This document shows positions 48,901 through 63,100 of a DNA stretch of 64,000 nucleotides, in pieces (positions within the stretch are counted from its first letter, which is position 1; each line of letters opens with the position of its first letter). The notes beneath the pieces were generated by a model. The model was given only the letters and a program-made list of their open reading frames with translations. It searched no databases and had not been told where the DNA came from. This DNA comes from Mustelus asterias. Lineage: Eukaryota. The stretch is from positions 2,170,001 to 2,234,000 of the forward strand of contig NC_135813.1 of NCBI RefSeq assembly GCF_964213995.1, written 5' to 3'. The position numbers and the translations under genes are program-made.

Positions 48901-50512
48901 GCCAATTAGAGCATGGCTGATCTTGGGTTTCACCTCCATTTTCCTGCCCCCTCCCCAAATCCCTTAATTCTCTGACAGACCAAAAATCTATCTATCCTAA
49001 CCTTAAATATATTCAACAATGAAGCATCCACAACCCTCTGGGGGAGAGAATTCCAATGATTCCCAAACCTTTGAGTGAGAAATCTCTTCTTATCTCAGTC
49101 CTAAATGATCGGCCCCTTATCCTGAGATTGTTCCAGATGCCTAACCAAGAGAAATCCGAATTCTGCAGAGGAGTCATACTGGACTCATCGCGTTAACTCT
49201 CTTTCCCTCTCCACAGACGCTGCCAGACTTGTCGAGTTTTTCCAGCATTTTTTTAATTTCAGACTGCCAACATCGCATTAATTACTTTTATTTGATGTTT
49301 AGTTCACTGTCTCTTCTCTCCCAGGAATGCTCACCTTGAAAACGTTGCTGACAGGATTTCCATTTGTCTCTCTCACCAAGGCATTGCTTTTCAATTCCTT
49401 CCTAGTGTTTAATGAAGTGATTATCAGAACCCCCTTTCACAGCCACACCTCCCTCCTCAGGAACTGTCCCAGGCTCCTACTTACCCCACGTGGATTACGA
49501 CTGAAGTTCCATCCTCCATGTTTCGAATCCATCCAGGATTACGGGTATCTCCGAGACATACAGCATTCCTCGGACTGCTGTTCTTGCCTGAGATCCACAC
49601 TCAGTGCCATGCACCACCACACGCTCAGCTTCTCTCTCCAGCAACACCGACTCACCCAAGCTCAAAGCTGTCTTTATCCCCAGTTTCATCTCATTCTTCA
49701 CCTCATCTGACAGTTCTGAAGAAGAGTGATGTTGGACTTGAAACGTAATTCTGTTTCTCTCCCCACAGATTCTGCCAAGCCTCCTGAGTTATTCCAGCTT
49801 TTTCTCTTTTTATTTATACCAGAGAAAGTGATTGGTGTCTGCCCTGTAAAGCTGCTTCAGAAGCTTCTGTGCTTCAATAAGAGCTTCTATCATTCTGCTA
49901 AACTCGAAAGTACAAACCCAGTTTACTCAGCCTCTCACCATAGATAACACTCTGATACCAGGAATCAATCGAGTGAACCTTCAGTGCACTGCATCCAGTG
50001 CAGGGATATCCTTCCTTTGACAATGGAGACCAAAGCAGCATTCAGTTCTCCTGATACTCATCAATACAATGCCCAATACAACTGTAGCAAGTCTTCCTTA
50101 TTCACCAACATGCTGTTTACCTTCCTAATTACTTACTGTACCTGCACGTTAACTTTCTGAGTTCCCTGTACCATCACACCCAAATCTCTCTGAACATCAA
50201 CATTTACAAGTTTCACACCTTTAAAAAAATATTCTGCTTTTCCATTCTTATGAACTCTCACTTCCCCACATTAGAATCCATCTGCCACACACAATCCCTA
50301 CAGTGCAGAAGGAGGCCATTTGGCCCATCGAATCTGCATCGACTCTCTGATAGAGCATCATACTCAGGCCCGATCCCCATAACCCCACATATTTACCCCA
50401 CTCATTCTCCTATACATCTTGGTGCCCACTCACTAAACCGGTCTATATCTTTTTGCCGTCTCTCTGTATCCTCCTTACAGCTTACCTCCCAGCTTGATCT
50501 TTATTGTCATCA

Positions 50513-51075
50513 ACATAGAACAGTACAGCACAGAACAGGCCCTTCGGCCCACAATGTTGTGCCGAGCTTTATCTGAAACCAAGATCAAGCTATCCCACTC
50601 CCTATCATCCTGGTGTGCTCCATGTGCCTATCCAATAACCGCTTAAATGTTCCTAAAGTGTCTGACTCCACTATCACTGCAGGCAGTCCATTCCACACCC
50701 CAACCACTCTCTGCGTAAAGAACCTACCTCTGATATCCTTCCTATATCTCCCACCACGAACCCTATAGTTATGCCCCCTTGTAATAGCTCCATCCGCCCG
50801 AGGAAATAGTCTTTGAACGTTCACTCTATCTATCCCCTTCATCATTTTATAAACCTCTATTAAGTCTCCCCTCAGCCTCCTCCGCTCCAGAGAGAACAGC
50901 CCTAGCTCCCTCAACCTTTCCTCATAAGACCTACCCTCCAAACCAGGCAGCATCCTGGTAAATCTCCTCTGCACTCTTTCCAGCGCTTCCACATCCTTCT
51001 TATAGTGAGGTGACCAGAACGGCACACAATATTCCAAATGTGGTCTCACCAAGGTCCTGTACAGTTGCAGCATAC
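50513..51075 (-). mobile_element. young CR1 3' fragment nested in older CR1 remnants (~49880-51390)
   Basis: LYRTLVRPHLEYC...TRGHNYRV...WNGLP open frame. Confidence 0.9.
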
Positions 51076-52069
51076 CTTCGATAATTACTCTCAGATTTTT
51101 TGTCTAAGTCATTAATATCCATTGTAAATAGCTGAGGCCCCAGCCGCAATCCTTGCAGAACTTCATTAGTCAAAAGCTTCCAACTTGAAGATGTTCCCTT
51201 TATCCCAGCCCTCTGCTTCCTGTCCTTTAACCAATCCTCTCTCCATGCTAATATATTACCCCACAATATATGAGCCGTTATCATGCCCATTAACTTATTA
51301 TGTGGCACTTATTGTGTGAATGTCTTTTGGAAATCCAAGTACAGTACATCTACTGGTTCCCTTTTATCTATCCTACCAATTACATCCTCAAAAATAATCT
51401 CTTAACCTCAAGGGAATTCAAGCCTGATCTATGTAACCATCACCCAAAATATAATCCTCAAAACCCCAGTAAAATATTGATGAATCTACGTTGCGCCTAA
51501 TTTAAGGCCACACATTGTTCCATTGGTGCCTTTTGCTTTTCCTCCTGATCTGTACATTTTCCATTTTAGAACTGCCCACTTATCCTGTGAACCAGCGATT
51601 CTCACGCCAATAAACCTCTGTACGCACTGACACAATCCTGGGGACCCCCTCTAAACACTGTCACAGAGGTCTTCGGGGAAGGAGAAGGCCCTTTGACCCT
51701 GCTATCCTATTTGATAAAATCATTGGCTGACCTGGCTGAGGATTCTCATAGCCCTTAACTCCTTTCTCTATCAATCTGTCCAACTCAGCCTTGAATAAAT
51801 TCAATGACCCAGCTCACCCTCTGGGATCGATAATTTTACAGACTGATGTCCCTCAGAGAAGAAATTCCTCCTCACTGGGATTGCTGTTATTCATAAACTG
51901 TGTCCCCTGGTTCGAGTCACTGTCACACAAAGAAATATCCTCCCAGTATCCATCTGATCAAATTCCCCAAACCAAATGTTTCAATAAGATCACCTTGCAG
52001 CCTCAAAATCCCAATGGGTACAGGCTCAATCTGTTCAGTCTGTCTTTATAAGAGAAACTCTTAGCTTCA

Positions 52070-55000
52070 GGGACCCCCTGTAAAAACTGACACACTCCCT
52101 GGGGACCCCGTTGTAAATACTGACACACTCCCCCCCGGGCACCCCCTGTAAGTACTGACACACACCCTGGGGAACTCCCTTTAAATACTGACACACTCCC
52201 TGGGGAACTCCCTTTAAATACTGACACACACCCTGGGGAACTCCCTTTAAATACTGACACACTCCCCCCGGGCACCCCCTGTAAATACTGACACACTGCC
52301 TGGGAACACCCTGTAAATACTGACACATTCCCTGGAGACCCCCTGTAAATACTGACACACTCCCCGGGGACCCCCCTGTAAATACTGACACACCCCGGGG
52401 ACCCCCCTGTAAATACTGACACACTCCCCGGGGACTCCCTGTAAATACTGACACACTCCCCGGGGACCCTCTGTAAATACTGACACACACCCACGGGGAC
52501 CCCCTTGTAAATACCGACACACTCCCAGGGGACCCCCTGTAAAAACTGACACACTCCCCGGGGACCCTCCTGTAAATACTGACACGGTCCCCGGGGACTC
52601 CCTGTAAATACTGACACACACCCACGGGGACCCCTGTAAATACTGACACACTCCTCAGGGACCCCCTGCAAATGCTGACACACTCCCCGGGGACCCCCTG
52701 TAAATACTGACATACTCCTCAGGGACCGCCTGTAAATACTGACACACTTCCCACGGACCCCCCTGTAAACGCTGACACACTCCCCGGGGACCTCTCTGTA
52801 AATACTGACACACTCCCCCTGGGGGTTCCCTCTGTAATACTGACACACTCCCTGGGGACCACCCTGTAAATACTGACACACTCCCTGGGGACCACCCTGT
52901 AAATACTGACACACTCCCCGGGGACCCCACTGTAAATACTGACACACTCCCCCTGGGGGTTCCCTCTGTAATACTGACACACTCCCTGGGGACCACCCTG
53001 TAAATACTGACACACTCCCTGGGGACCACCCTGTAAATACTGATACACTCCCCAGGGACCCCCTGTAAATACTGACACACTCCCCGGGGACCCCCTGTAA
53101 ATACTGACACACTCCCCGGGGACCCCCTGTAAATACTGACACACTCCCCGGGAAGCCTCCTGTAAATACTGACACACCCCGGGGACCCCCTGTAAATACT
53201 GACACACACCCCGGGGACCCCCTGTAAATACTGACACACTCCCCGGGGACCCCCTGTAAATACTGACACACTTCCCAGGAACCCTCCTGTAAATACTGAC
53301 ACACCCCGGGGACCCCCTGTAAATACTGACACACTCCCCGGGGACCCCCTGTAAATACTGACACACTTCCCAGGAACCCTCCTGTAAATACTGACACACC
53401 CCGGGGACCCCCTGTAAATACTGACACACTTCCCAGGAACCCTCCTGTAAATACTGACACACTCCCCGGGAACCCCCTGTAAATACTGACACACACCCCG
53501 GGGACCCCCTGTAAATACTGACACACACCCCGGGGACCCCCTGTAAATACTGACACACCCCGGGGACCCCCTGTAAATACTGACACACACCCCGGGGACC
53601 CCCTGTAAATACTGACACACTCCCCGGGAACCCTCCTGTAAATACTGACACACCCCGGGGACCCCCTGTAAATACTGACACACTCCCCGGGGATCTCCTG
53701 TAAATACTGACACACTCCCCGGGGATCTCCTGTAAATACTGACACACACCCCGGGGATCTCCTGTAAATACTGACACACACCCCGGGGATCTCCTGTAAA
53801 TACTGACACACTCCCCGGGGATCTCCTGTAAATACTGACACACTCCCCGGGGATCTCCTGTAAATACTGACACACTCCCCGGGGATCTCCTGTAAATACT
53901 GACACACTCCCCGGGGACCTCCATAAATACTGACACACTCCCCGGGGACCCCTTGTAAATATTGACACTCTCTGGGGACCCCCCTGTGAATACTGACACA
54001 CTCCCCTGGGGACCCCCTGTAAATACTGACACACTCCCCTGGGGACCCCCTGTAAATACTGACACACTCCCCGGGGATCTCCTGTAAATACTGACACACT
54101 CCCCGGGGACCCCTTGTAAATATTGACACTCTCTGGGGACCCCCCTGTAAATACTGACACACTCCCCCCGGGGGATCCCTCTGTAAATACTGACACACTC
54201 CCTGGGGACCCCCCTGTAAACACTGACACACTCCCCGGGGACCTCTCTGTAAATACTGACACTCCCCCTGGGTGTTCCCTCTGTAATACTGACACACTCC
54301 CTGGGGACCACCCTGTAAATACTGACACACTCTCCGGGGACCCCCTGTAAATACTGACACACTCCCCCGGGACCCCCTGTAAATACTGACATACACCCCA
54401 GGGATCCCCTGTAAATACTGACACACACCCCGGGGACCCCCTGTAAATACTGACACACTCTCTGGGGATCTCCTGTAAATACTGACACACACCCTGGGGA
54501 TCTCCTGTAAATACTGACACACTCCCCGGGGACCTCCATAAATACTGACACACTCCCCCCGGGGATCCCTCTGTAAATACTCACACACTCCCTGGGGACC
54601 CCCCTGTAAACACTGACACACTCCCCGGGGATCTCTCTGTAAATACTGACACTCCCCCCGGGGGTTCCCTCTGTAATACTGACACACTCCCTGGGGACCA
54701 CCCTGTAAATACTGACACACTCCCCGGGGACCCCCCTGTAAATACTGACACACTCCCCGGGGACCCCCTGTAAATACTGACACACTCCCCGGGGACCCCC
54801 TGTAAATACTGACACACTCCCCGGGGACCCCCTGTAAATACTGACACACACCCCGGGGATCTCCTGTAAATACTGACACACTCCCCGGGGACCCCCTGTA
54901 AATACTGACACACACCCCGGGGATCTCCTGTAAATACTGACACACTCCCCGGGAACCCTCCTGTAAATACTGACACACTCCCCTGGGGACCCCCTGTAAA

Positions 55001-56045
55001 TACTGACACACTCCCCCCGGGGGATCCCTCTGTAAATACTGACACACTCCCTGGGGACCCCCCTGTAAACGCTGACACACTCCCCGGGGACCTCTCTGTA
55101 AATACTGACACACTCCCCCTGGGTGTTCCCTCTGTAATACTGACACACTCCCTGGGGACCACCCTGTAAATACTGACACACTCCCCGGGGACCTCTCTGT
55201 AAATACTGACACACTCCCCCTGGGTGTTCCCTCTGTAATACTGACACACTCCCTGGGGACCACCCTGTAAATACTGACACACTCTCCGGGGACCCCCTGT
55301 AAATACTGACACACTCCCAGGGACCCCCTGTAAATACTGACACACACCCTGGGGATCTCCTGTAAATACTGACACACTCCCAGGGACCCCCTGTAAATAC
55401 TGACACACACCCTGGGGATCTCCTGTAAATACTGACACACTCCCAGGGACCCCCTGTAAATACTGACACACACCCTGGGGACCCCCCTGTAAATACTGAC
55501 ACACTCTCCGGGGACCCCCTGTAAATACTGACACACTCCCCGGGGACCCCCTGTAAATACTGACACACACCCTGGGGATCTCCTGTAAATACTGACACAC
55601 TCCCTGGGGACCCCCCTGTAAATACTGACATACACCCCAGGGATCCCCTGTAAATACTGACACACTCGCCGGGGACCCCTTGTAAATATTGACACTCCCT
55701 GGGGACTCCCCTGTAAATACTGACACACTCTCTGGGGACCCTCCTGTAAATACTGACACGCTCCCCCCCGGGGACCCCCTGTAAATACTGACACACTCCC
55801 CAGGATCCCCTGTAAATACTGACAAACCCCCTGGGGACCCACCTGTAAATACTGACACACTCCCCGGGGACCCCCCTGTAAATACTGACACACTCCCCAG
55901 GATCCCCTGTAAATACTGACACACTCCCCGGGGACCCCCCTGTAAATACTGACACACTCCCCGGGGACCCCCCTGTAAATACTGACACACTCTCTGGGGA
56001 CCCCCCTGTAAATACTGACACACTCTCTGGGGACCCCCCTGTACA
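52070..56045 (+). repeat. ~32-34-bp minisatellite D (CTGTAAATACTGACACACTCCCCGGGGACCCC), ~120 copies, PIERCE1 intron 1
   Basis: Directly visible; invariant TGTAAATACTGACAC core with variable C/G part. Confidence 0.96.
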
Positions 56046-56443
56046 CTAAGACAGCCTATGTTGATACCACGTTCTGAACTCACAAGTTAGATCCCCAGAG
56101 CCGTAAATGTTATTCATTAATGTACAACAGAAAAAAAAATAATAGTAATAGTGATCTGATAATCCAACAAAGATTATAAATCCCTCCAAAACTCCAAATC
56201 CAAACTGGAACAACCCCAGTGAGAAACTCTGAACCGCGGCCACAATTTGCCCCAAGCGTTGGCAGCTGTAAAGAGCAAATTGCTGGAAAATCTACCCTTC
56301 CAGCCCATAACCAGACCCCCTGTCTCCCTCCATGTGTCCCTCCCTCCATCCTCTCCCTCTCCCCTTGTGTCTCTCCCTCGTTCCCTCCGCCTCTCTCCAT
56401 CCCTGTCTCCCCCCTCTCCCGGTTCAGTCCCCCTCTCCCGTAC

Positions 56444-56598
56444 CCGTATCCCTGGAAGCAGTCGGGATGCTCGAATCTCCGGGGAACCCCGGCTTTCACC
56501 CGGTAATACTGGCTGGTCCGGCCCGGGGCGGGAGGTTCAGGCTCGGCTTTAGTGTCCAGGTATTTCACACTCGGCTCCTTCACCCAGCACAGAGACAT
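56444..56598 (-). CDS. PIERCE1: PIERCE1 exon 1
   Basis: M...GRTSQYYRVKAGVPRRFEHPDCFQGY matches RTSDYYRV...PGRFNNPGWFRGY pattern; donor gtacgg in phase with exon 2. Confidence 0.9.
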
Positions 56599-56609
56599 TG
56601 CTACACTGC

Positions 56610-56622
56610 GTTTCCTAGCAAC
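56610..56622. promoter_or_regulatory. RFX X-box at PIERCE1 promoter
   Basis: GTTTCCTAGCAAC 12 nt upstream of the ATG; RFX factors drive ciliary genes; ETS-like ACCGGAAAT at 56644. Confidence 0.8.
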
Positions 56623-56707
56623 CGCCCAAACTGATACACTGTCACCGGAAATGCCTCACTGCCTCAATTCATCCATCCTTCCCCCCCTCCCCCTCCCCCC
56701 TCAGCCC

Positions 56708-58180
56708 CCACACACATTGACTCTCACTGGGGTACGGGTTCCACACACACTGACTCTCACTGGGGTACGGGTTCCACACACACTGACTCTCACTGGGGTA
56801 CGGGTCCCACACACACTGACTCTCACTGGGGTACGGGTCCCACACACACTGACTCTCACTGGGGTACGGGTTCCACACACACTGACTCTCACTGGGGTAC
56901 GGGTCCCACACACACTGACTCTCACTGGGGTACGGGTTCCACACACACTGACTCTCACTGGGGTACGGGTCCCACACACACTGACTCTCACTGGGGTACG
57001 GGTTCCACACACACTGACTCTCACTGGGGTACGGGTCCCACACACACTGACTCTCACTGGGGTACGGGTCCCACACACACTGACTCTCACTGGGGTACGG
57101 GTCCCACACACACTGACTCTCACTGGGGTATGGGTCCCACACACACTGACTCTCACTGGGGTACGGGTCCCACACACACTGACTCTCACTGGGGTACAGG
57201 TTCCACACACACTGACTCTCACTGGGGTATGGGTCCCACACACACTGACTCTCACTGGGGTACGGGTCCCACACACATTGACTCTCACTGGGGTATGGGT
57301 CAAAATAAAGGGGGGTCAGTTTAGGACAGAGTTGAGGAGGAACTTCTTCTCTCAGAGGGTGGTGAATCTCTGGAGTTCTCTGCCCACTGAAGTGGTGAGG
57401 CTACCTCGTTGAATATATTAAAATCACGGATAGATGGATTCCTGATCGGTAAGGGAATTAGGGGTTATAGGGATCAGGCGGGTAAGTGGAACTGATCCAC
57501 TTCAGATCAGTCACAATCTTATTGAATGGCGGGGTAGGCTCGAGGGACTAGATGGCCTACTCCTGCTCCTATTTCTTATGTTCTTATGTTTTTATGTCCC
57601 ACACACACTGACTCTCACTGGGGTATGGGTCCCACACACATCGTCTCTCACTGGGATACTGGTCCCACATACACTGACTCTCACTGGAGTACGAGTTTCA
57701 CACACACTGACTCTCACTGGGATAGGGGTCCCACACACACTGACTCTCACTGGGGTACAGGTCCCACACACACTGACTCTCACTGGGTACGCGTTCCACA
57801 CACATGACTCTCACTGGGGGACGCGTTCCACACACACTGACTCTCACTGGGGTACGGGTCCCACACACGTTGACTCTCACTGGGGGACGCGTTCCACACA
57901 CACTGACTCTCACTGGGGTACGGGTCCCTCACACTGACTCTCACTGGGGTGCGGGTCCCACACACACTGACTCTCACTGGGGTACGGGTCCCACACACAC
58001 TGACTCTCACTGGGGTACTGGATCCACACACACTGACTCTCACTGGGGGACGCGTTCCACACACGCTGACTCTCACTGGGGTACGGGATCCACACACACT
58101 GACTCTCACTGGGGGACGCGTTCCTCACACACCGACTCTCACTGGGGTACGGGATCCACACACACTGACTCGCACTGGGA
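56708..58180 (+). repeat. minisatellite B, two blocks (~18+18 copies) separated by a CR1 3' fragment (57300-57596)
   Basis: Directly visible; insert near-identical to 26054-26340. Confidence 0.94.
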
Positions 58181-58184
58181 TACA

Positions 58185-58790
58185 TGCAGAGAGTAATGCG
58201 TGCCTGGAACACGCTGCCAGAGGAGGTGCGGGAAGCAGGTGCATTAGCAACATTTAAGAGGCATCTGGATGGGTCCATGAATAGGGAGGGAATAGAGGGA
58301 TACGGACAGAGTAAGGGCAGTAGGGTTTTTTGCTTCAGTTAGAGCATCATGATTGGCACGGGCTTGGAGGGCCAAAGGGCCCATTCCTGTGCTATACTTT
58401 TCTTTGTTTTGTGTTCTTTATCTCAGAGAAACTGATAAAATTCTAACAGGATTCGACAGAGTAGATTCAGAAAGAATGTTCCCGATGGTGAGGTGTCCAG
58501 AACCAGGGGTCATAGTTTGAGGATAAGGAGGTAAACATTTTAGGACTGAGGTGAGGAGAAATTTCTTCCCCCAGAGGGTGGTGAATGTGTGGAATTCACT
58601 CCCACAGAAAGTAGTTGAGGCCAAAACGTCTGATTTCAAGAAGAAATTAGATATAGCTCTTGGGGCTAAAGGGATCAAGGGATATGGGGGGGGGGGGAAG
58701 GATATTGAATTTGATGATCAGCCATGATCAAAGTGAAGGATGGAACAGGCTCAAAGGACCGAATGGCCTTCTCTTGCTTCTGGTTTCTAT
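58185..58790 (+). mobile_element. two adjacent CR1 3' tails
   Basis: WNTLPEEV and RRNFF..RVVNVWNSLPQ segments each with CR1 3' hairpin/tail. Confidence 0.8.
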
Positions 58791-58987
58791 GTATTAATGT
58801 GAAGTTTATTGCAGACCTCTCCTCCCTTCTGTAGTAGCGTGGCACTTTTGCGGGGGGGGAGAGAGGCGGTGGCGGGGGGGCATTTCCCGAGGGCCATATG
58901 ATCAGCGAGGATCCTATGAGATGGCCCGGTGGGAAGCTGAACCAATTGGCAGGACGGTGTGCCCCACAGGTAGAGGAGGGTCTGGCA

Positions 58988-59133
58988 GTTGCCCTCTTTT
59001 TAGGTCAAACCAAATAAACAAACTCAGGTTAAGTCAGGACAAAGTAAAAGGGGCAGCTCCCCAAAAGGAGGGGGAACAGCCCGAACAGAAATCAAAGTAC
59101 AAAGGAAACTTAAAAATATCAAATTAAAATGTG
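58988..59133 (-). mobile_element. Tx1-like 3' UTR fragment
   Basis: Near-identical to 4623-4770. Confidence 0.75.
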
Positions 59134-60123
59134 AGCCAGGGAGTTGGGCAGAGCAGTCGCATTGTAATCTAATCCGACCTCGTTGTACGAATATGATTCT
59201 TCTGTTGGCTTTTTATTGTATAAAGCTGCATTGAGTCACCCTCGATCTCTTACAGCTTCCTTCACCACATTAACCACATGGTGCCTCATCGTGACCTCTG
59301 CAATTTACTCTGAATCTTTTGCTGCAATCCTGTCAAGGCTAATTTCCCATTGACAGCCTGTGCTCACCTGGTAACTTTCTGACCATCGCCCACAACAACT
59401 TTCTTTCCAAAAAACCTCCCACCGTTTAAAAATGTTCATATTTTCTGTTTTTTGCCAAGCTGGGTAAGTTTGTGTTTCATCTCTGCATTCATCTCCCTCT
59501 CACTCTGTCTTCCCCGTCCCTCTGCAACCTCTATCGGCCCCTCTTCCAGTTTATATTCCAGTCAAATCCCCAGTCCAATCGGCATCAGACTTGGGCCTTA
59601 CTGCCTCATTTTGAGTCCTTGTTACTGATCAGGTCCAATCACTGAATCCTTTGCTGGTCTCCTGTGAGTGGAAGCCAGAAATCGGCCTATTTATTTATTT
59701 GATTTGATTTTAATTTGACACTTTTTCCCATAGGTCATCAGCTGATTCCAAACTTTATCACCAGGCTTGGGTTGCAATGTGAGTAAACTCGCCTTCAGTT
59801 CCTGAAATGTCCACTCGATGGCTGATTACTCAAAGTCAGACAAAATCTTTAAATAACCCAACATTTCCCAATACCACTTTTCAGTAACTGGATTTGTAAT
59901 CCTATGTTTCCAGTAACTGACAGTTATTTAATTTTTGTTTTCTCTGCAGAATGGACTGCTTTGCTCAATAGCAGATATCGCAATTCAGAATAATGTTAAC
60001 GGTGCAGATTTGATTCCCTTCAGGCTGAGGTTGGTTTGGAACCTGGCCCTTTGCCCAACCCTTAGAATGGAGGGCAACGGCAAACCATCTCTGGCCAAAA
60101 ACTGATTTGATTTGATTTATTAT

Positions 60124-63100
60124 TAGAAACATAGAAAAACTACAGCACAAAACAGGCCCTTCAGCCCCACAAGTTGTGCCGAACATATCCCTACCTTTTA
60201 GGCCTACCTATAACCCTCCATCCTATTAAGTCCCATGTACTCATCCAAGAGTCTCTTAAAAGACCCTATTGAGTTCGCCTCCACCACCACTGACTGCAGC
60301 CGATTCCACTCGCCCACCACCCTCTGTGTGAAAAGCTTCCCCCTAACATTTCCCCTGTACCTACCCCCCAGCACCTTAAACCTGTGTCCTCTCGTAGCAG
60401 CCATTTCCACCCTGGGAAAAAGCCTCTGAGAGTCCACCCGATCTATGCCTCTCAACATCTTATATACCTCTATTAGGTCTCCTCTCATCCTACATCTCTC
60501 CAAGGAGAAAAGACCGAGCTCCCTCAGCCTATCCTCATAAGGCATGCCACTCAATCCAGGCAACATCCTTGTAAATCTCCTCTGCACCCTTTGAATCTTT
60601 TCCACATCCTTCCTGTAATGAGGCGACCAGAACTGAGCACAGTACTCCAAGTGGGGTCTGACCAGGGTCTTATATAGCTGCATCATTATCCCCGGACTCC
60701 TAAACTCAATCCCTCGATTGATAAAGGCCAGCACACCATACGCCTTCTTAACCACCTCCTCCACCTGCGGGGCCGATTTTAGAGTCCTATGGACCCGGAC
60801 CCCAAGGTCCTTCGGATCCTCTACAGTACTAAGAGTCTTTCCCTTTATATTGTACTCCTTCATCCCATTTGACCTGCCAAAATGGACCACTACGCATTTA
60901 TCTGGGTTGAAGTCCATCTGCCACTTCTCCGCCCAGTCTTGCATCCTATCTATGTCCCTCTGTAACTTCTGACATCCCTCCAGACTATCCACAACCCCAC
61001 CAACCTTCGTGTCGTCGGCAAACTTACCAACCCATCCCTCCACTTCCTCGTCCAGGTCATTTATGAAAATGACAAACAGCAAGGGTCCCAGAACAGATCC
61101 CTGGGGCACACCACTGGTGACCGACCTCTATTTAGAAAAAGACCCATCTATACCCACTCTCTGCCTCCTTTGGGCAAACACAGTAAGAATTTTAACAACA
61201 CCAGGTTAAAGTCCAACAGGTTTATTTGGTAGCAAAAGCCACACAAGCTTTCGGAGCTGCAAGCCCCTTCTTCAGGTGAGTGGGAATTCTGTTCACAAAC
61301 AGAGTTTATAAAGACACAGACTCAATTTACATGAATAATGGTTGGAATGCGAATACTTACAACTAATCAAGTCTTTAAGAAACAAAACAATGGGAGTGGA
61401 GAGAGCATCAAGACAGGCTAAAAAGATGTGTATTGTCTCTAGACAAGACAGCCAGTGAAACCCATCCTTTGGGCAAGCCAGTTCTGGATCCACAGAGCAG
61501 CAGCCCCTTGGATCCCATGCCCTCTCACTTTTTCTAGAAGCCTTGCATGGGGGACCTTATCGAACGCCTTGCTAAAATCCATATAAACCACATCATAGAA
61601 ATCATAGAAACCCTACAGTGCAGAACATAGAACATAGAACATAGAAAGCCACAGCACAAACAGGCCCTTCGGCCCACAAGTTGCGCCGATCACATCCCCA
61701 CCTCTAGGCCTATCTATAGCCCTCAATCCCATTAAATCCCATGTACTCATCCAGAAGTCTCTTAAAAGACCCCAACGAGTTTGCCTCCACCACCACCGAC
61801 GTCAGCCGATTCCACTCACCCACCACCCTCTGAGTGAAAAACTTACCCCTGACATCTCCTCTGTACCTACCCCCCAGCACCTTAAACCTGTGTCCTCTCG
61901 TAGCAACCATTTCAGCCCTTGGAAATAGCCTCTGAGAGTCTACCCTATCCAGACCTCTCAACATCTTGTAAACCTCTATCAGGTCACCTCTCATCCTTCG
62001 TCTCTCCAGGGAGAAGAGACCAAGCTCCCTCAACCTATCCTCATAAGGCATGCCCCCCAATCCAGGCAACATCCTTGTAAATCTCCTCTGCACCCTTTCA
62101 ATGGCTTCAACATCTTTCCTGTAATGAGGTGACCAGAACTGCGCGCAGTACTCCAAGTGGGGTCTAATCAGGGTCCTATAAAGCTGCAGCATTATCTCCC
62201 GACTCCTAAACTCAATCCCTCGATTAATGAAGGCCAGTACGCCGTACGCCTTCTTGACCGCATCCTCCACCAGCGAGGCCGATTTAAGAGTCCTATGGAC
62301 CCGGACCCCAAGGTCCTTCTGATCCTCTACACTGCTAAGAATGGTACCCTTCATATTATACTGCTGCTTCATCCCATTGGATCTGCCAAAATGGATCACC
62401 ACACACTTATCCGGGTTGAAGTCCATCTGCCACTTCTCCGCCCAGTCTTGCATTCTATCTATGTCTCGCTGCAACTTCTGACATCCCTCCAAACTATCCA
62501 CAACACCACCTACCTTGGTGTCGTCAGCAAACTTACCAACCCATCCCTCCACTTCCTCATCCAGGTCATTTATGAAAATGACAAACAGAAGGAGGCCATT
62601 CGGCCCATCGAGTCTGCACCGACCACCTACCGCTTTCCCTTCGTCAATGTGTTTAGTCACATTTTCGAAGAACTCCACCAGGCTCATAAGGCACGATCTG
62701 CCTTTGACAAAGCCATGCTGAGTATTCTTGAGCATACTAAACCTCTCTAAATGCTCATAAATCCTGTCCCTCAGGATCTCCTCCATCAGCTTACCAACCA
62801 CTGAGGTTAGACTCACCAGTCGGTAATTTCCTGGGCTATCCCTATTCCCCTTCTTGAAAATAGGAACCACATCTGCAATCCTCCAATCCTCCAGCACCTC
62901 TCCCGTCTCCATCGACGACGCAAAGATCATCGCGAGAAGCTCTGCAATCTCTTCCCTCGTCTCCCACAGTAACCTGGGGTACATCCCATCCGGACCCGGC
63001 GACTTATCTATCTTGATGCCATTCAAAGATTCCAGCACAACCTCTTTGTTAAAGTCCACATACTCAATCTTTTCAGTCCACCGCAAGCCTGCAGTACATC

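Noticed and set aside
52003-56083. 1347-aa and 1100-aa collagen-like or Cys-rich ORFs
   Set aside because: Units of 32-34 bp shift frame constantly; minisatellite in PIERCE1 intron 1
58830-58990. GC-rich patch with CCAAT as promoter of a divergent gene such as MRPS2
   Set aside because: No recognisable exon or protein similarity follows within the window
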